From IMG/VR virus record IMGVR_UViG_3300009104_001476: a stretch of DNA of 64,000 nucleotides; one strand, written 5' to 3'. Below the pieces are notes generated by a model. It ran no database searches. It saw only the letters and a program-made list of their open reading frames with translations, and was not told the origin of the DNA. Numbering within the stretch: the first letter of the stretch is position 1; each line of letters starts with the position of its first letter. Positions 56,284-64,000 of the stretch are shown piece by piece. Position numbers and translations under genes: made by a program. This DNA is from a virus.

Positions 56284-58122
56284 ATGTGTGGAATAATTGG
56301 ATACATTGGAGAGGAGAAAGCCTCAGATAAGATATATTCGGGATTAGAAAAATTAGAATATAGAGGTTACGATTCTTGCGGCGTTGCGGTATTTAATAAA
56401 AATACTAATGAATTAGCTTGTTCCTACCACCTCTCTGCGCCTAGTGAAATCGAATCTTATAACGCTTTACCTGAATCTTTTTGCGGCATAGGTCATACAA
56501 GATGGGCGACACACGGCGCGGTCACCTTAACTAATACTCATCCTCATAAAAGCTGTGACGACACCGTATACCTTGTCCATAATGGGGTTATAGAAAATGC
56601 TGATCAAATAAAGAAGGGGCTAGAAAACGAGGAGTGTGAATTTTATAGCGAGACAGACACAGAAGCTCTCGTTAATTTAATTGCATTTTGTTATAACGAC
56701 TCTAGCGATAAAGAGCCCGTTTTAGCAATTAACCAAGCTTTGAAAGAGGTCGAAGGGACTTACGGTCTTGCTATTATGTTTAAAGATCACCCTAGCGTCA
56801 TCTTTGCGGTTAGAAGAAGCTCTCCTTTAGTGTTGGGACTCAAAGAGGAAGAAACTTATATCTCTAGCGATACGAACGCTTTGCCTTCTGATACGGAGAA
56901 GGTTGTATATTTGGAAGATGGAGACGTAGCGGAGGTTAAAAAAGACAGCTTTAAGATTTATGATAGAAATAGCAAACAATACGATAGTAGGCGCACCGCT
57001 ATAAAAATAAAAATACCAAAAAGACACCATCAGCTTGGGAGTTACGAAACATTTTTAGAAAAAGAGATTTATGAGCAACCAGACTCGATAAGGGAGACAA
57101 CGAGAGGTCGGTTCAATAAGGATTTTGATTCTGTGATTTTAGGGGGCATAGATACCGAAAGGGACATTAAGAGGGTTCTGTTTATAGGTTGCGGCACCGC
57201 TTACCACGCTGGCCTTTTGGGTAAATACTTTATAGAAAACATAGCTAAGGTTCCCGCTAGTGTAGAGATCGCTTCAGAGTATAAATATAAGAATAACCCC
57301 ACGGAAGACGGGACTCTTGTGGTTGTGATAAGCCAGTCTGGTGAAACCATAGATACTCTAGCGGCACTGAAGGAGGCTCAAGATAGGGGGCTTGATACAA
57401 TAGCTATAACAAATACCGTCATGAGCAGTATAGCTCGTCAGGTTGAGGAGGGAATCTACCAACGTGTCGGCCCTGAGGTTTCAGTGGCTTCAACTAAGGC
57501 TTTTACGTCTCAAATAACTCTAGCTTTGATGCTGGCTATTTTAATTGGGCGTAAGAATGGGATGAGTTTATTGGAGTCAAAAAGGATGATTGGGTATTTA
57601 AGGAGGTTACCGAGCTTGATAGATCAAACTTTAAGTATGACCAAAGAAAAGGCGCGTAAGCTTGCGGTTGGACATTCTTTATTAAAAGAGATGACCTTTT
57701 TGGGTAGGCAGTATATGTACCCAATAGCTTTAGAAGCGGCGTTAAAAACGAGAGAGCTTGCCTATGTAAATACTATCGGTTATACGTCTGGAGAAATGAA
57801 ACACGGGCCGTTAGCCTCTATAAGTAGCCATTCTTTTGTTTGGGTTTTAGCTCCCCAAGAAGGATTGAAAGAAAAAAATATAACGACGATTAAAGAACTT
57901 AGCTCTAGAGGGGTAAACCATATAACCGTGGTAAAGCAGGAGGGGCAAGATTTCCCAAAAGATTGTCATGATAATTTTATAAATATACCTAAAGCTCCAG
58001 AGTTTCTTTTACCCGTGTTGGCGACTATCCCCATCCAGTTGTTTGCTTTAGAGATGGCCAAAGTCAGAAATTTAAATGTAGACAAGCCGAGGCATTTAGC
58101 GAAATCTGTTACAGTAGAATGA
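56284..58122 (+). CDS. glmS: Glutamine--fructose-6-phosphate aminotransferase
   Basis: MCGIIG, GHTRWATHG, HNG, SQSGET, STKAF, GEMKHGP, KPR.LAKSVTVE. Confidence 0.96.
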   Translation: MCGIIGYIGEEKASDKIYSGLEKLEYRGYDSCGVAVFNKNTNELACSYHLSAPSEIESYNALPESFCGIGHTRWATHGAVTLTNTHPHKSCDDTVYLVHNGVIENADQIKKGLENEECEFYSETDTEALVNLIAFCYNDSSDKEPVLAINQALKEVEGTYGLAIMFKDHPSVIFAVRRSSPLVLGLKEEETYISSDTNALPSDTEKVVYLEDGDVAEVKKDSFKIYDRNSKQYDSRRTAIKIKIPKRHHQLGSYETFLEKEIYEQPDSIRETTRGRFNKDFDSVILGGIDTERDIKRVLFIGCGTAYHAGLLGKYFIENIAKVPASVEIASEYKYKNNPTEDGTLVVVISQSGETIDTLAALKEAQDRGLDTIAITNTVMSSIARQVEEGIYQRVGPEVSVASTKAFTSQITLALMLAILIGRKNGMSLLESKRMIGYLRRLPSLIDQTLSMTKEKARKLAVGHSLLKEMTFLGRQYMYPIALEAALKTRELAYVNTIGYTSGEMKHGPLASISSHSFVWVLAPQEGLKEKNITTIKELSSRGVNHITVVKQEGQDFPKDCHDNFINIPKAPEFLLPVLATIPIQLFALEMAKVRNLNVDKPRHLAKSVTVE

Positions 58123-58703
58123 GCACTCCTAGACAATACATAGAAGAAGTTGAGCGACTTATAAATGAGTGGCACGTTCCCTTACATGAAAATAAAACAA
58201 CTTTGACGGAAGCTCTGAAATCTATGGAGGGTTTTAAATTAGAGGCGGAAGATGTCCCTTTGATTATCAAATTGGTAGAAAACCCCAAGTACGACATCGG
58301 TTTATTCGCAGGTAATGTTTCTCTTCATAATCATGACTGTATTCATTTACTTCTTGGTAGAGGTCTTAGAGTGAAAGATGAGGCTTTCGTAATAGGTTAT
58401 ACGATGGGAAGCACAAAGAAGATGTGGAGATGGAGAAGAAATTTATATATGTTCTGTGCCAAATACTTATTTCCGAAAGGTTATAGATTCGGAGAGGAAG
58501 AAAGGTTTGTATTTAACGTAGGAGTGATGTTAGGGGAGAGTTGTGACACGGATCTTTCCGAAGTCGATTTTAAGGCTTTAGGAAAATATAGAATAGAGAA
58601 AGTTAGGAGATTACTCGGTATAGATAAAGAATTATTAAAAAGTTATTATGAAATTGAAAAAAAATGTTTCTTAAATAGCGAGGAGAGTCAAAGACTAACA
58701 TAA
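58119..58703 (+). CDS. Coq4-like protein (HDxxH-x11-E)
   Basis: HDCIH-LLLGRGLRVKD-E. Confidence 0.5.
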   Translation: MSTPRQYIEEVERLINEWHVPLHENKTTLTEALKSMEGFKLEAEDVPLIIKLVENPKYDIGLFAGNVSLHNHDCIHLLLGRGLRVKDEAFVIGYTMGSTKKMWRWRRNLYMFCAKYLFPKGYRFGEEERFVFNVGVMLGESCDTDLSEVDFKALGKYRIEKVRRLLGIDKELLKSYYEIEKKCFLNSEESQRLT

Positions 58704-58963
58704 TGGAAGATTACAAAGAAATTTGGGAAAAGTATCATGAAAAGATTATCGAAAGGCTTGGATGGGTTGGGGCGTTTCTTGTGGTATTGGGCTATTACCT
58801 TAATGCTCAACATTATCTATGTTGTTGGCTTGTATGGACGGTGGGTAATGCGTTTATTGCGGGGTATTCGATCCACAAAAAAGCATACCCAACGGCGTTA
58901 ATGTCTTTAATTATCGCTATAATGAATATATATGGATACATAGAATGGAAGGAGGCTTTATGA
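58703..58963 (+). CDS. Small three-TM membrane protein (PnuC/SemiSWEET-like)
   Basis: LGWVG..LVVLGY, WLVWTVGN, NIYG. Confidence 0.55.
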   Translation: MEDYKEIWEKYHEKIIERLGWVGAFLVVLGYYLNAQHYLCCWLVWTVGNAFIAGYSIHKKAYPTALMSLIIAIMNIYGYIEWKEAL

Positions 58964-59157
58964 AAAACACAAAAAAGAGAATGCACCGAACGTCAGACCC
59001 GACTTGGCATACCTACACATATAGTGGAGAGACAAAAAGCCCATTTGACATAGAAATGATTAAATATTATAATGAATCCGAAGGCAGGGATCAAATATTG
59101 TTCCTTTATAAAGATAAAACCGATGGGAAAATTTTTAAATATAGAATATTACAGTGA
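58960..59157 (+). CDS. Hypothetical protein
   Basis: AGGAGG upstream; ORF. Confidence 0.5.
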   Translation: MKNTKKRMHRTSDPTWHTYTYSGETKSPFDIEMIKYYNESEGRDQILFLYKDKTDGKIFKYRILQ

Positions 59158-60257
59158 TCGATGAAGATAAAAAAATACTTAATGACTTTTTTGAGTCCTT
59201 GGTAGTAGGAAAGGAGACTTTTATAGGTTATCCCGTTAATACCCTTTTCGATTATTCTGAATTATTTAAATTTTTATCTATACCCCTGAACAACGTAGGC
59301 GACCCCTTTTGTTCTAGTTATTATGGCCTCGATTCAAGACTGATGGAAAGAGAGGTGTTGGATTGGTTTGCCAAACTCCACAACGCTCCATTAGATAATT
59401 ATTGGGGTTACGTTACAAATGGAGGTACGGAAGGTAATATGTATGGTCTTTATCTCGCTAGGGAACTGTATCCCAAAGGGGTTGTTTATTATTCGCAAGA
59501 CACGCATTATAGCGTGAGTAAAAATATTCGTATGTTAAACATGGAACACGTTATGATAAAGTCTCGTCGTAGCGGAGAAATGGATTACCAAGATTTACAT
59601 GAAATGATTTCAACTTGGCGTTCGGCTCCTCCTGTTATTTTCGCTAACGTGGGGACAACAATGAGAGAGGGTTTCGATGATATAAATGAAATAAAAAAAG
59701 TTTTAAGAGCTTTAGCCATCCCAGAGTATTATATTCATGCGGATGCGGCATTAGGAGGAATGACATTACCATTTATAGAAAATTCCCCTGCTTTTGATTT
59801 TACGACAGGCGTACAAAGTATGTCTATTAGTGGTCATAAATTTATAGGCTCTCCTTTGCCGTGCGGAGTTGTTTTAGCTTTAAAAAGTAATGTAGGTAGA
59901 GTAGCGAGGGCGGTAGAGTATGTAGGGTCTTTGGATAGCACGGTTAGTGGCTCTAGAAATGGCTTTACTCCCATACTTTTATGGTACGCGATAAAGAAAT
60001 TTGGATTTAATGGCTTCAAGAAAATGGTTAGAGGTTGCGTCAGAACAGCAGAATTAGCCGTTAGAAAGATGAACGACAGCAATATAAAGGCTTGGAAAAA
60101 CGACTATGCTATAACGGTAGTTTTCCCTAGACCCGCTGAAAATGTGGTAAAAAAGTGGAAATTAGCGGTACAAGACGATATTGCTCATATTATTTGTATG
60201 CCTCAAGTTAATGGGGATGTAATTAATAATGTAATAAAAGACATAAGAGAAAGGTGA
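59154..60257 (+). CDS. PLP-dependent group II decarboxylase, histidine/serine decarboxylase clade
   Basis: WGYVTNGGTEGN, YSQDTHYS, HADAALGG, SGHK (PLP Lys), GSRNG. Confidence 0.9.
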   Translation: MIDEDKKILNDFFESLVVGKETFIGYPVNTLFDYSELFKFLSIPLNNVGDPFCSSYYGLDSRLMEREVLDWFAKLHNAPLDNYWGYVTNGGTEGNMYGLYLARELYPKGVVYYSQDTHYSVSKNIRMLNMEHVMIKSRRSGEMDYQDLHEMISTWRSAPPVIFANVGTTMREGFDDINEIKKVLRALAIPEYYIHADAALGGMTLPFIENSPAFDFTTGVQSMSISGHKFIGSPLPCGVVLALKSNVGRVARAVEYVGSLDSTVSGSRNGFTPILLWYAIKKFGFNGFKKMVRGCVRTAELAVRKMNDSNIKAWKNDYAITVVFPRPAENVVKKWKLAVQDDIAHIICMPQVNGDVINNVIKDIRER

Positions 60258-60263
60258 TGTTTT

Positions 60264-60428
60264 ATGGAAGAAAAATGGGTGGCAATTGTTTATAATGGAG
60301 GAGACAAAGTAGGTTCTCGAATCTTTGAGGGCGAGGAGTCACAAACCCGACCAGAAGCGAGGCGTTGGGTCATCTCCCAATTTGGTGAGGGTACGGACTG
60401 GTCTTTTCATCATGTAATAGAGCGTTAA
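60264..60428 (+). CDS. Small hypothetical protein (54 aa, not in track)
   Basis: ORF filling the gap between decarboxylase and ProDH. Confidence 0.5.
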   Translation: MEEKWVAIVYNGGDKVGSRIFEGEESQTRPEARRWVISQFGEGTDWSFHHVIER

Positions 60429-60442
60429 TTGGAATATGAAGA

Positions 60443-61285
60443 ATGAATTTTTTATATCCATTAGCGAAAAGGTTTATTGCTGGCTATGATTTGGAATCTG
60501 CCAGAGATAATATTCAACGCCTAATGGATGAAGGCTACGAGGTTTCAATAGATTACGTCGGTGAGAATAGTAAAAGTCAGGAGGACTGTTTGAAAGCTTT
60601 TAAGCAGTATGTCAAAATTATAAAATTTTATAAAAATAAAAAAATAAACATCTCCATTAAGCCTTCTCAATTAGGAATAAACATCCACCCAATACTTTCT
60701 TATTCTCACATTTCCAAATTAGCTGAACTAGCTAAAAAACATAACCATACAATCCGTTTAGATATGGAAGATTCAAAAGTTACAGAGCTTACGAGGAATC
60801 TTGCTGTTTGTTTAAATAGGAGGTTTGGAAATGTGGGAGTAGCGATACAAGCTAATTTACATAGAAGTAATAAAGACATTGATAATCTAATAAAGGAAGG
60901 GGTTTCTGTTCGTTTAGTTAAGGGGGCATATAAAGAAAATGAGAAAGTAGCTTATCAAAATTATTTTGATATAACTGGCTCTTTTTTTGATTATGCTGCT
61001 AGGTTGTATTCAAGAAAGGCAAATAAACCAGCACTCGCCACCCATGATGAAGAGTTGTTAGGGGATGTAGAGGAACTTATACCCCATCCTGATTATTTTG
61101 AATATGAGTTTCTTTATGGAGTTCGTAGAGATTTACAAAAAAGCTTGAAAGATAAAGGGTATACGGTTAGAGTATATATACCATTTGGAAAGAATTGGCT
61201 ACCTTATACGTTGAGGAGACTTAAAGAGTGGAAGAACTTAAAGTTTGTAATAAAAAATATACTGTATGAGATATTTAAGCGATGA
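60443..61285 (+). CDS. Monofunctional proline dehydrogenase
   Basis: RLDME, QANL.RS, RLVKGAYKE, ATHD, EFLYGVR, VRVYIPFG, YTLRRL.E. Confidence 0.92.
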   Translation: MNFLYPLAKRFIAGYDLESARDNIQRLMDEGYEVSIDYVGENSKSQEDCLKAFKQYVKIIKFYKNKKINISIKPSQLGINIHPILSYSHISKLAELAKKHNHTIRLDMEDSKVTELTRNLAVCLNRRFGNVGVAIQANLHRSNKDIDNLIKEGVSVRLVKGAYKENEKVAYQNYFDITGSFFDYAARLYSRKANKPALATHDEELLGDVEELIPHPDYFEYEFLYGVRRDLQKSLKDKGYTVRVYIPFGKNWLPYTLRRLKEWKNLKFVIKNILYEIFKR

Positions 61286-62180
61286 AGAAGTTTCCGGCTT
61301 ATTGGAAAATAAATGGAGTCAAATAATAAACTCTATCGAATCTGCTTTTCTTGACCCATCTGTAGACATGGTTCCTAAAATTTACCTTAAGGGTGAAGGT
61401 GGAGATTTTAGAGCTATGCCAGCGGCACTTGGCAAATATGCGGCTATCAAGTGGATTGGAGTGTTCCCAGACAACTATCAGATTCCAATACCCACAACGA
61501 ATGGTTCGCTTATTTTGAGTGACAGGGAAACAGGAGTGCCTCTAATGGGTATGGACTGTACCACTCTTACAGCATATAGAACTGCGGCTACTTCAGCGAT
61601 AGCCGCCAAGTATTGCTCTCCTGAAGCTGAGAACTTTGCGATCATAGGTTGTGGGTTACAAGCCAAATATCATATTGAGGCTTATGAAACTATCTTTAGT
61701 CACATGAAGATGGATGTTGAGCTTTACGATAAAAATGAAAAAATACAAAAGGATGTATTTAATTGGTTAGGTAGCGAAAATCTTTGTAGGGCTTGGGGCA
61801 GAAATAAATCAGTAAAGGAAGCGGTTAAATATGCAGACGTTATTACTACTCTTACACCATCTACATCACCTTATTTGGACATCCATGATGTTAAAAGTGA
61901 TTGTCATATCAACGCTGTCGGTGCGGATGCAGTCGGGAAAAGAGAATTGATGACTAACATCATTGATGGGTCATCGTTTATTGTCTGTGACGATGAAGAA
62001 CAAGCTTTGCATTCTGGAGAGCTACAATATAACACATGGCCGAACTTACAACCGCAGTCTATTAATTCTCTAATTAAGAACAAAAAAATCCCAAATAAAG
62101 GAGTATCAGTGTTTGATTCCACGGGAGTAGCTATTGAAGATGTAGCTATCGCAGCATTAATCTACAAATTATCGGAGTAA
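61266..62180 (+). CDS. Ornithine cyclodeaminase / mu-crystallin family
   Basis: AMPA, KWIGVFPDN, TAYRTAA, GCGLQA..H, HINAVGAD, FDSTG.AIED. Confidence 0.92.
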   Translation: MRYLSDEEVSGLLENKWSQIINSIESAFLDPSVDMVPKIYLKGEGGDFRAMPAALGKYAAIKWIGVFPDNYQIPIPTTNGSLILSDRETGVPLMGMDCTTLTAYRTAATSAIAAKYCSPEAENFAIIGCGLQAKYHIEAYETIFSHMKMDVELYDKNEKIQKDVFNWLGSENLCRAWGRNKSVKEAVKYADVITTLTPSTSPYLDIHDVKSDCHINAVGADAVGKRELMTNIIDGSSFIVCDDEEQALHSGELQYNTWPNLQPQSINSLIKNKKIPNKGVSVFDSTGVAIEDVAIAALIYKLSE

Positions 62181-62288
62181 TATGAACGAGGCAGATAGAT
62201 TAAAATGGAAAATTACCAGACTCAATTCTATAATAAGAGATTTAGAATCAGAGAATAAAAAATTAAAAAAAGGGTTTGGGGTGAGAAG

Positions 62289-62699
62289 GTGTTGCAAACG
62301 TACATATTCGATACGCAAGCTGGACAAGACTTTTACAAAAGACTAGATGATCTACATGATGAATATGTATACCATTTATTATTAAGCGGTCTAGCAGAAA
62401 AAGGATTAGATTTAGAGTCTATAAAAATGACAAAGAATCCTGACGTAAGCGAAAAGTATTGCAAAAGAGTAGTAGGTGGGCTGGTAAACGTAAAACCCCA
62501 AATAATAGTAAAGCTAACCGAAGACAAGAAACCTAGACTGGAGTGTATATTTACAGTCCTTAATGATAACGAGTACGTCAGGAATGAGTTGTTTATGATA
62601 CAGAACGTGATGGATTGGCCGCAATTAGGAAAATATAGTTGCCAAATATGGTATTTAGGCGAGACTGCCCTAGAAGAAGTGAGGAAGAAGTGGGAATGA
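62289..62699 (+). CDS. Hypothetical protein
   Basis: ORF track. Confidence 0.55.
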   Translation: MLQTYIFDTQAGQDFYKRLDDLHDEYVYHLLLSGLAEKGLDLESIKMTKNPDVSEKYCKRVVGGLVNVKPQIIVKLTEDKKPRLECIFTVLNDNEYVRNELFMIQNVMDWPQLGKYSCQIWYLGETALEEVRKKWE

Positions 62700-62896
62700 A
62701 AGCATCGAGAAACGGACAAAGACCTTGTTATACTCCTCCTTTTTCAAGACGTAAAGATTTTTGTAGGAAAGTCAGAGAGACAGAGAAGCAAATACAGCGA
62801 TGTAAAGATGAAGGGGCTTGGAAGAAGGCGAGTCACCTTCAATGGGTTCTAAGAAATGTTTGGTGGGGCTATAAAAGATACCAGTATGAAAATTGA
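62696..62896 (+). CDS. Hypothetical protein
   Basis: ATG overlap with the previous gene. Confidence 0.45.
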   Translation: MKASRNGQRPCYTPPFSRRKDFCRKVRETEKQIQRCKDEGAWKKASHLQWVLRNVWWGYKRYQYEN

Positions 62897-63155
62897 AGAA
62901 GACTTAAACGATTACGGTAAATATTTAGAATATGATTTTGATAACAGAATCAGTTATGATGAAGACTCAGACTCTATGTATATCTATGTAGCTCCACCTC
63001 AAGGTCAGGTTGGCGCGGTGATGGTTTACGCAGACAAGCAGCATAATATGGTGTCAATAGATACCGATGAAGTAAATACCCAAGTAGGGATAGAGATAGT
63101 CGGAGTATCGAGGTTAATGAAAAAATTTAATTTAAATAAAATAAAAAATAATTAA
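62886..63155 (+). CDS. DUF2283-like protein
   Basis: YDEDSDSMYI ... ID.D....VGIEIVGVS. Confidence 0.65.
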   Translation: MKIEEDLNDYGKYLEYDFDNRISYDEDSDSMYIYVAPPQGQVGAVMVYADKQHNMVSIDTDEVNTQVGIEIVGVSRLMKKFNLNKIKNN

Positions 63156-63159
63156 CATC

Positions 63160-63684
63160 ATGGAAGACCAACCTTATTTGTTCCCAGAGTTTGCTCGTAG
63201 GGCAAAGATGCTTCAAACGATCCTGAAAGAACAGGCTATGGACATTTCTAAAATTAATATTCATTTTGATGGAGAATCAGAAATGCACATCAAATCTAAT
63301 AGAAAAGTGAAACAGCTTCAATCATTGGAGGAAAAAAGGTTTTATGCTTTTAAAGGAGATGAAGAAAATCCAATGCCGTATATTAAAAATATCAAAACGG
63401 GGAAAGTTCTAAAGATTGCTTATACTAGGGATAAATACCCCTGTATTACTTTAGGGCATCGTGACACTCTGACGACAACCCCAGTTCATAGATTACTTGC
63501 TATGTGTTTTATAGAGAACCCTGACCCTAGTAAACTTATGGAGGTTGACCATTTAAATGGAAATAAGAGAGATTGGAGGTTAGAGAATTTAGAGTGGGTT
63601 AGCTCTAGTGAAAATAACAAAAGGAGGAAGATTCTTAAAAAGCAGCAAGAGGACTCCCAAACTCCACCAAATTATCATATATGA
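63160..63684 (+). CDS. HNH homing endonuclease (HNH_3 type)
   Basis: VHRLLAMCFIENP, VDHLNGNK.D..LENLEWV..SEN. Confidence 0.88.
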   Translation: MEDQPYLFPEFARRAKMLQTILKEQAMDISKINIHFDGESEMHIKSNRKVKQLQSLEEKRFYAFKGDEENPMPYIKNIKTGKVLKIAYTRDKYPCITLGHRDTLTTTPVHRLLAMCFIENPDPSKLMEVDHLNGNKRDWRLENLEWVSSSENNKRRKILKKQQEDSQTPPNYHI

Positions 63685-63932
63685 AAAAGTATTGGGATCA
63701 TAGCACTAAACCCTCTACTTATGTAATTGTGATTGACGGGGAGGAGGCGTTTCGTGGTAATTATGCTGACGGTATGATGTATGTTAAATCTTTAGAAAAT
63801 GACGGTATGATAAGTTTCAAAGATGATTATCTTCCCGAAATGAATCGTATATCAAAGATAACTTACCGTGCGCTCCATGTCGAAAAAGAATTGAGACGAG
63901 AAATAATTAAATTAAAAAAAGAGCTTAAATAA
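63681..63932 (+). CDS. Hypothetical protein
   Basis: ORF track. Confidence 0.5.
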   Translation: MKKYWDHSTKPSTYVIVIDGEEAFRGNYADGMMYVKSLENDGMISFKDDYLPEMNRISKITYRALHVEKELRREIIKLKKELK

Positions 63933-63951
63933 CGGGAGTGTAAAAGGGCTT

Positions 63952-64000
63952 ATGGAAGACAAAATAAAAAAAATTTTAGAAAAGTATGCAGACCTTCAAA
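63952..64000 (+). CDS. Hypothetical protein, 3' partial
   Basis: MEDKIKKILEKYADLQ..., preceded by GTGTAA. Confidence 0.45.
   Translation, partial: MEDKIKKILEKYADLQ

Noticed and set aside
56100-56284. glmS ribozyme upstream of glmS
   Set aside because: The space holds a small ORF ending 2 nt before the ATG, and no recognisable ribozyme core was seen
168-62719. Many short minus-strand and alternate-frame track ORFs (e.g. 3608..3979, 6397..6921, 14480..14776, 52977..53291, 62333..62719)
   Set aside because: Shadow ORFs fully overlapping well-supported + strand genes; only 34995..35962 looks genuinely minus-strand
1-64000. Stop-codon reassignment as in some jumbo phages
   Set aside because: Known enzymes are full length in the standard code, and TAA, TAG and TGA all end genes
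1-64000. Cellular chromosome (e.g. a reduced-genome bacterium)
   Set aside because: No ribosomal operon or core housekeeping context, a phage-like replication block and many orphan small ORFs; however no terminase or capsid gene lies in this window, so viral origin remains inferred

Overview
Accessory-rich 64 kb segment of a large (jumbo-type) dsDNA bacteriophage, probably aquatic; host not determinable here. It is gene-dense and almost all on the + strand, uses the standard genetic code, and has no integrase, CRISPR array or cellular housekeeping operon. Left to right: (1) the end of a Pro/Thr-repeat, Cys-rich protein and a 2584-aa orphan, both probably virion-associated; (2) a replication block with DnaB helicase, a primase lacking its Zn ligands, a Cas4/RecB-like nuclease, a DNA polymerase III alpha split into a degenerate PHP gene and a catalytic gene with a DEDDh exonuclease between them, and a Whirly-like SSB candidate; (3) a large glycan synthesis and modification set (two GT60-like, HtrL/GT2/methyltransferase fusion, GT4, GT10-like, GT8-like, epimerases, UDP-sugar dehydrogenase, PMM, GlmS, cytidylyltransferases, TylF, ATP-grasp plus PIG-L, APS-kinase-like); (4) amino-acid catabolic enzymes (lysine/saccharopine dehydrogenase-like, ALDH, VOC, His/Ser decarboxylase, proline dehydrogenase, ornithine cyclodeaminase); (5) host-takeover genes (bS21, tRNA-Arg(TCT), ECF sigma, Hsp20 behind a sigma54-like promoter, ExbB/ExbD-like pair, GMP reductase, dCMP deaminase). 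Many sigma70-type -10 boxes end 5-7 nt before the start codon, which suggests leaderless mRNAs. All family assignments come from motif recognition by eye; no database searches were run.
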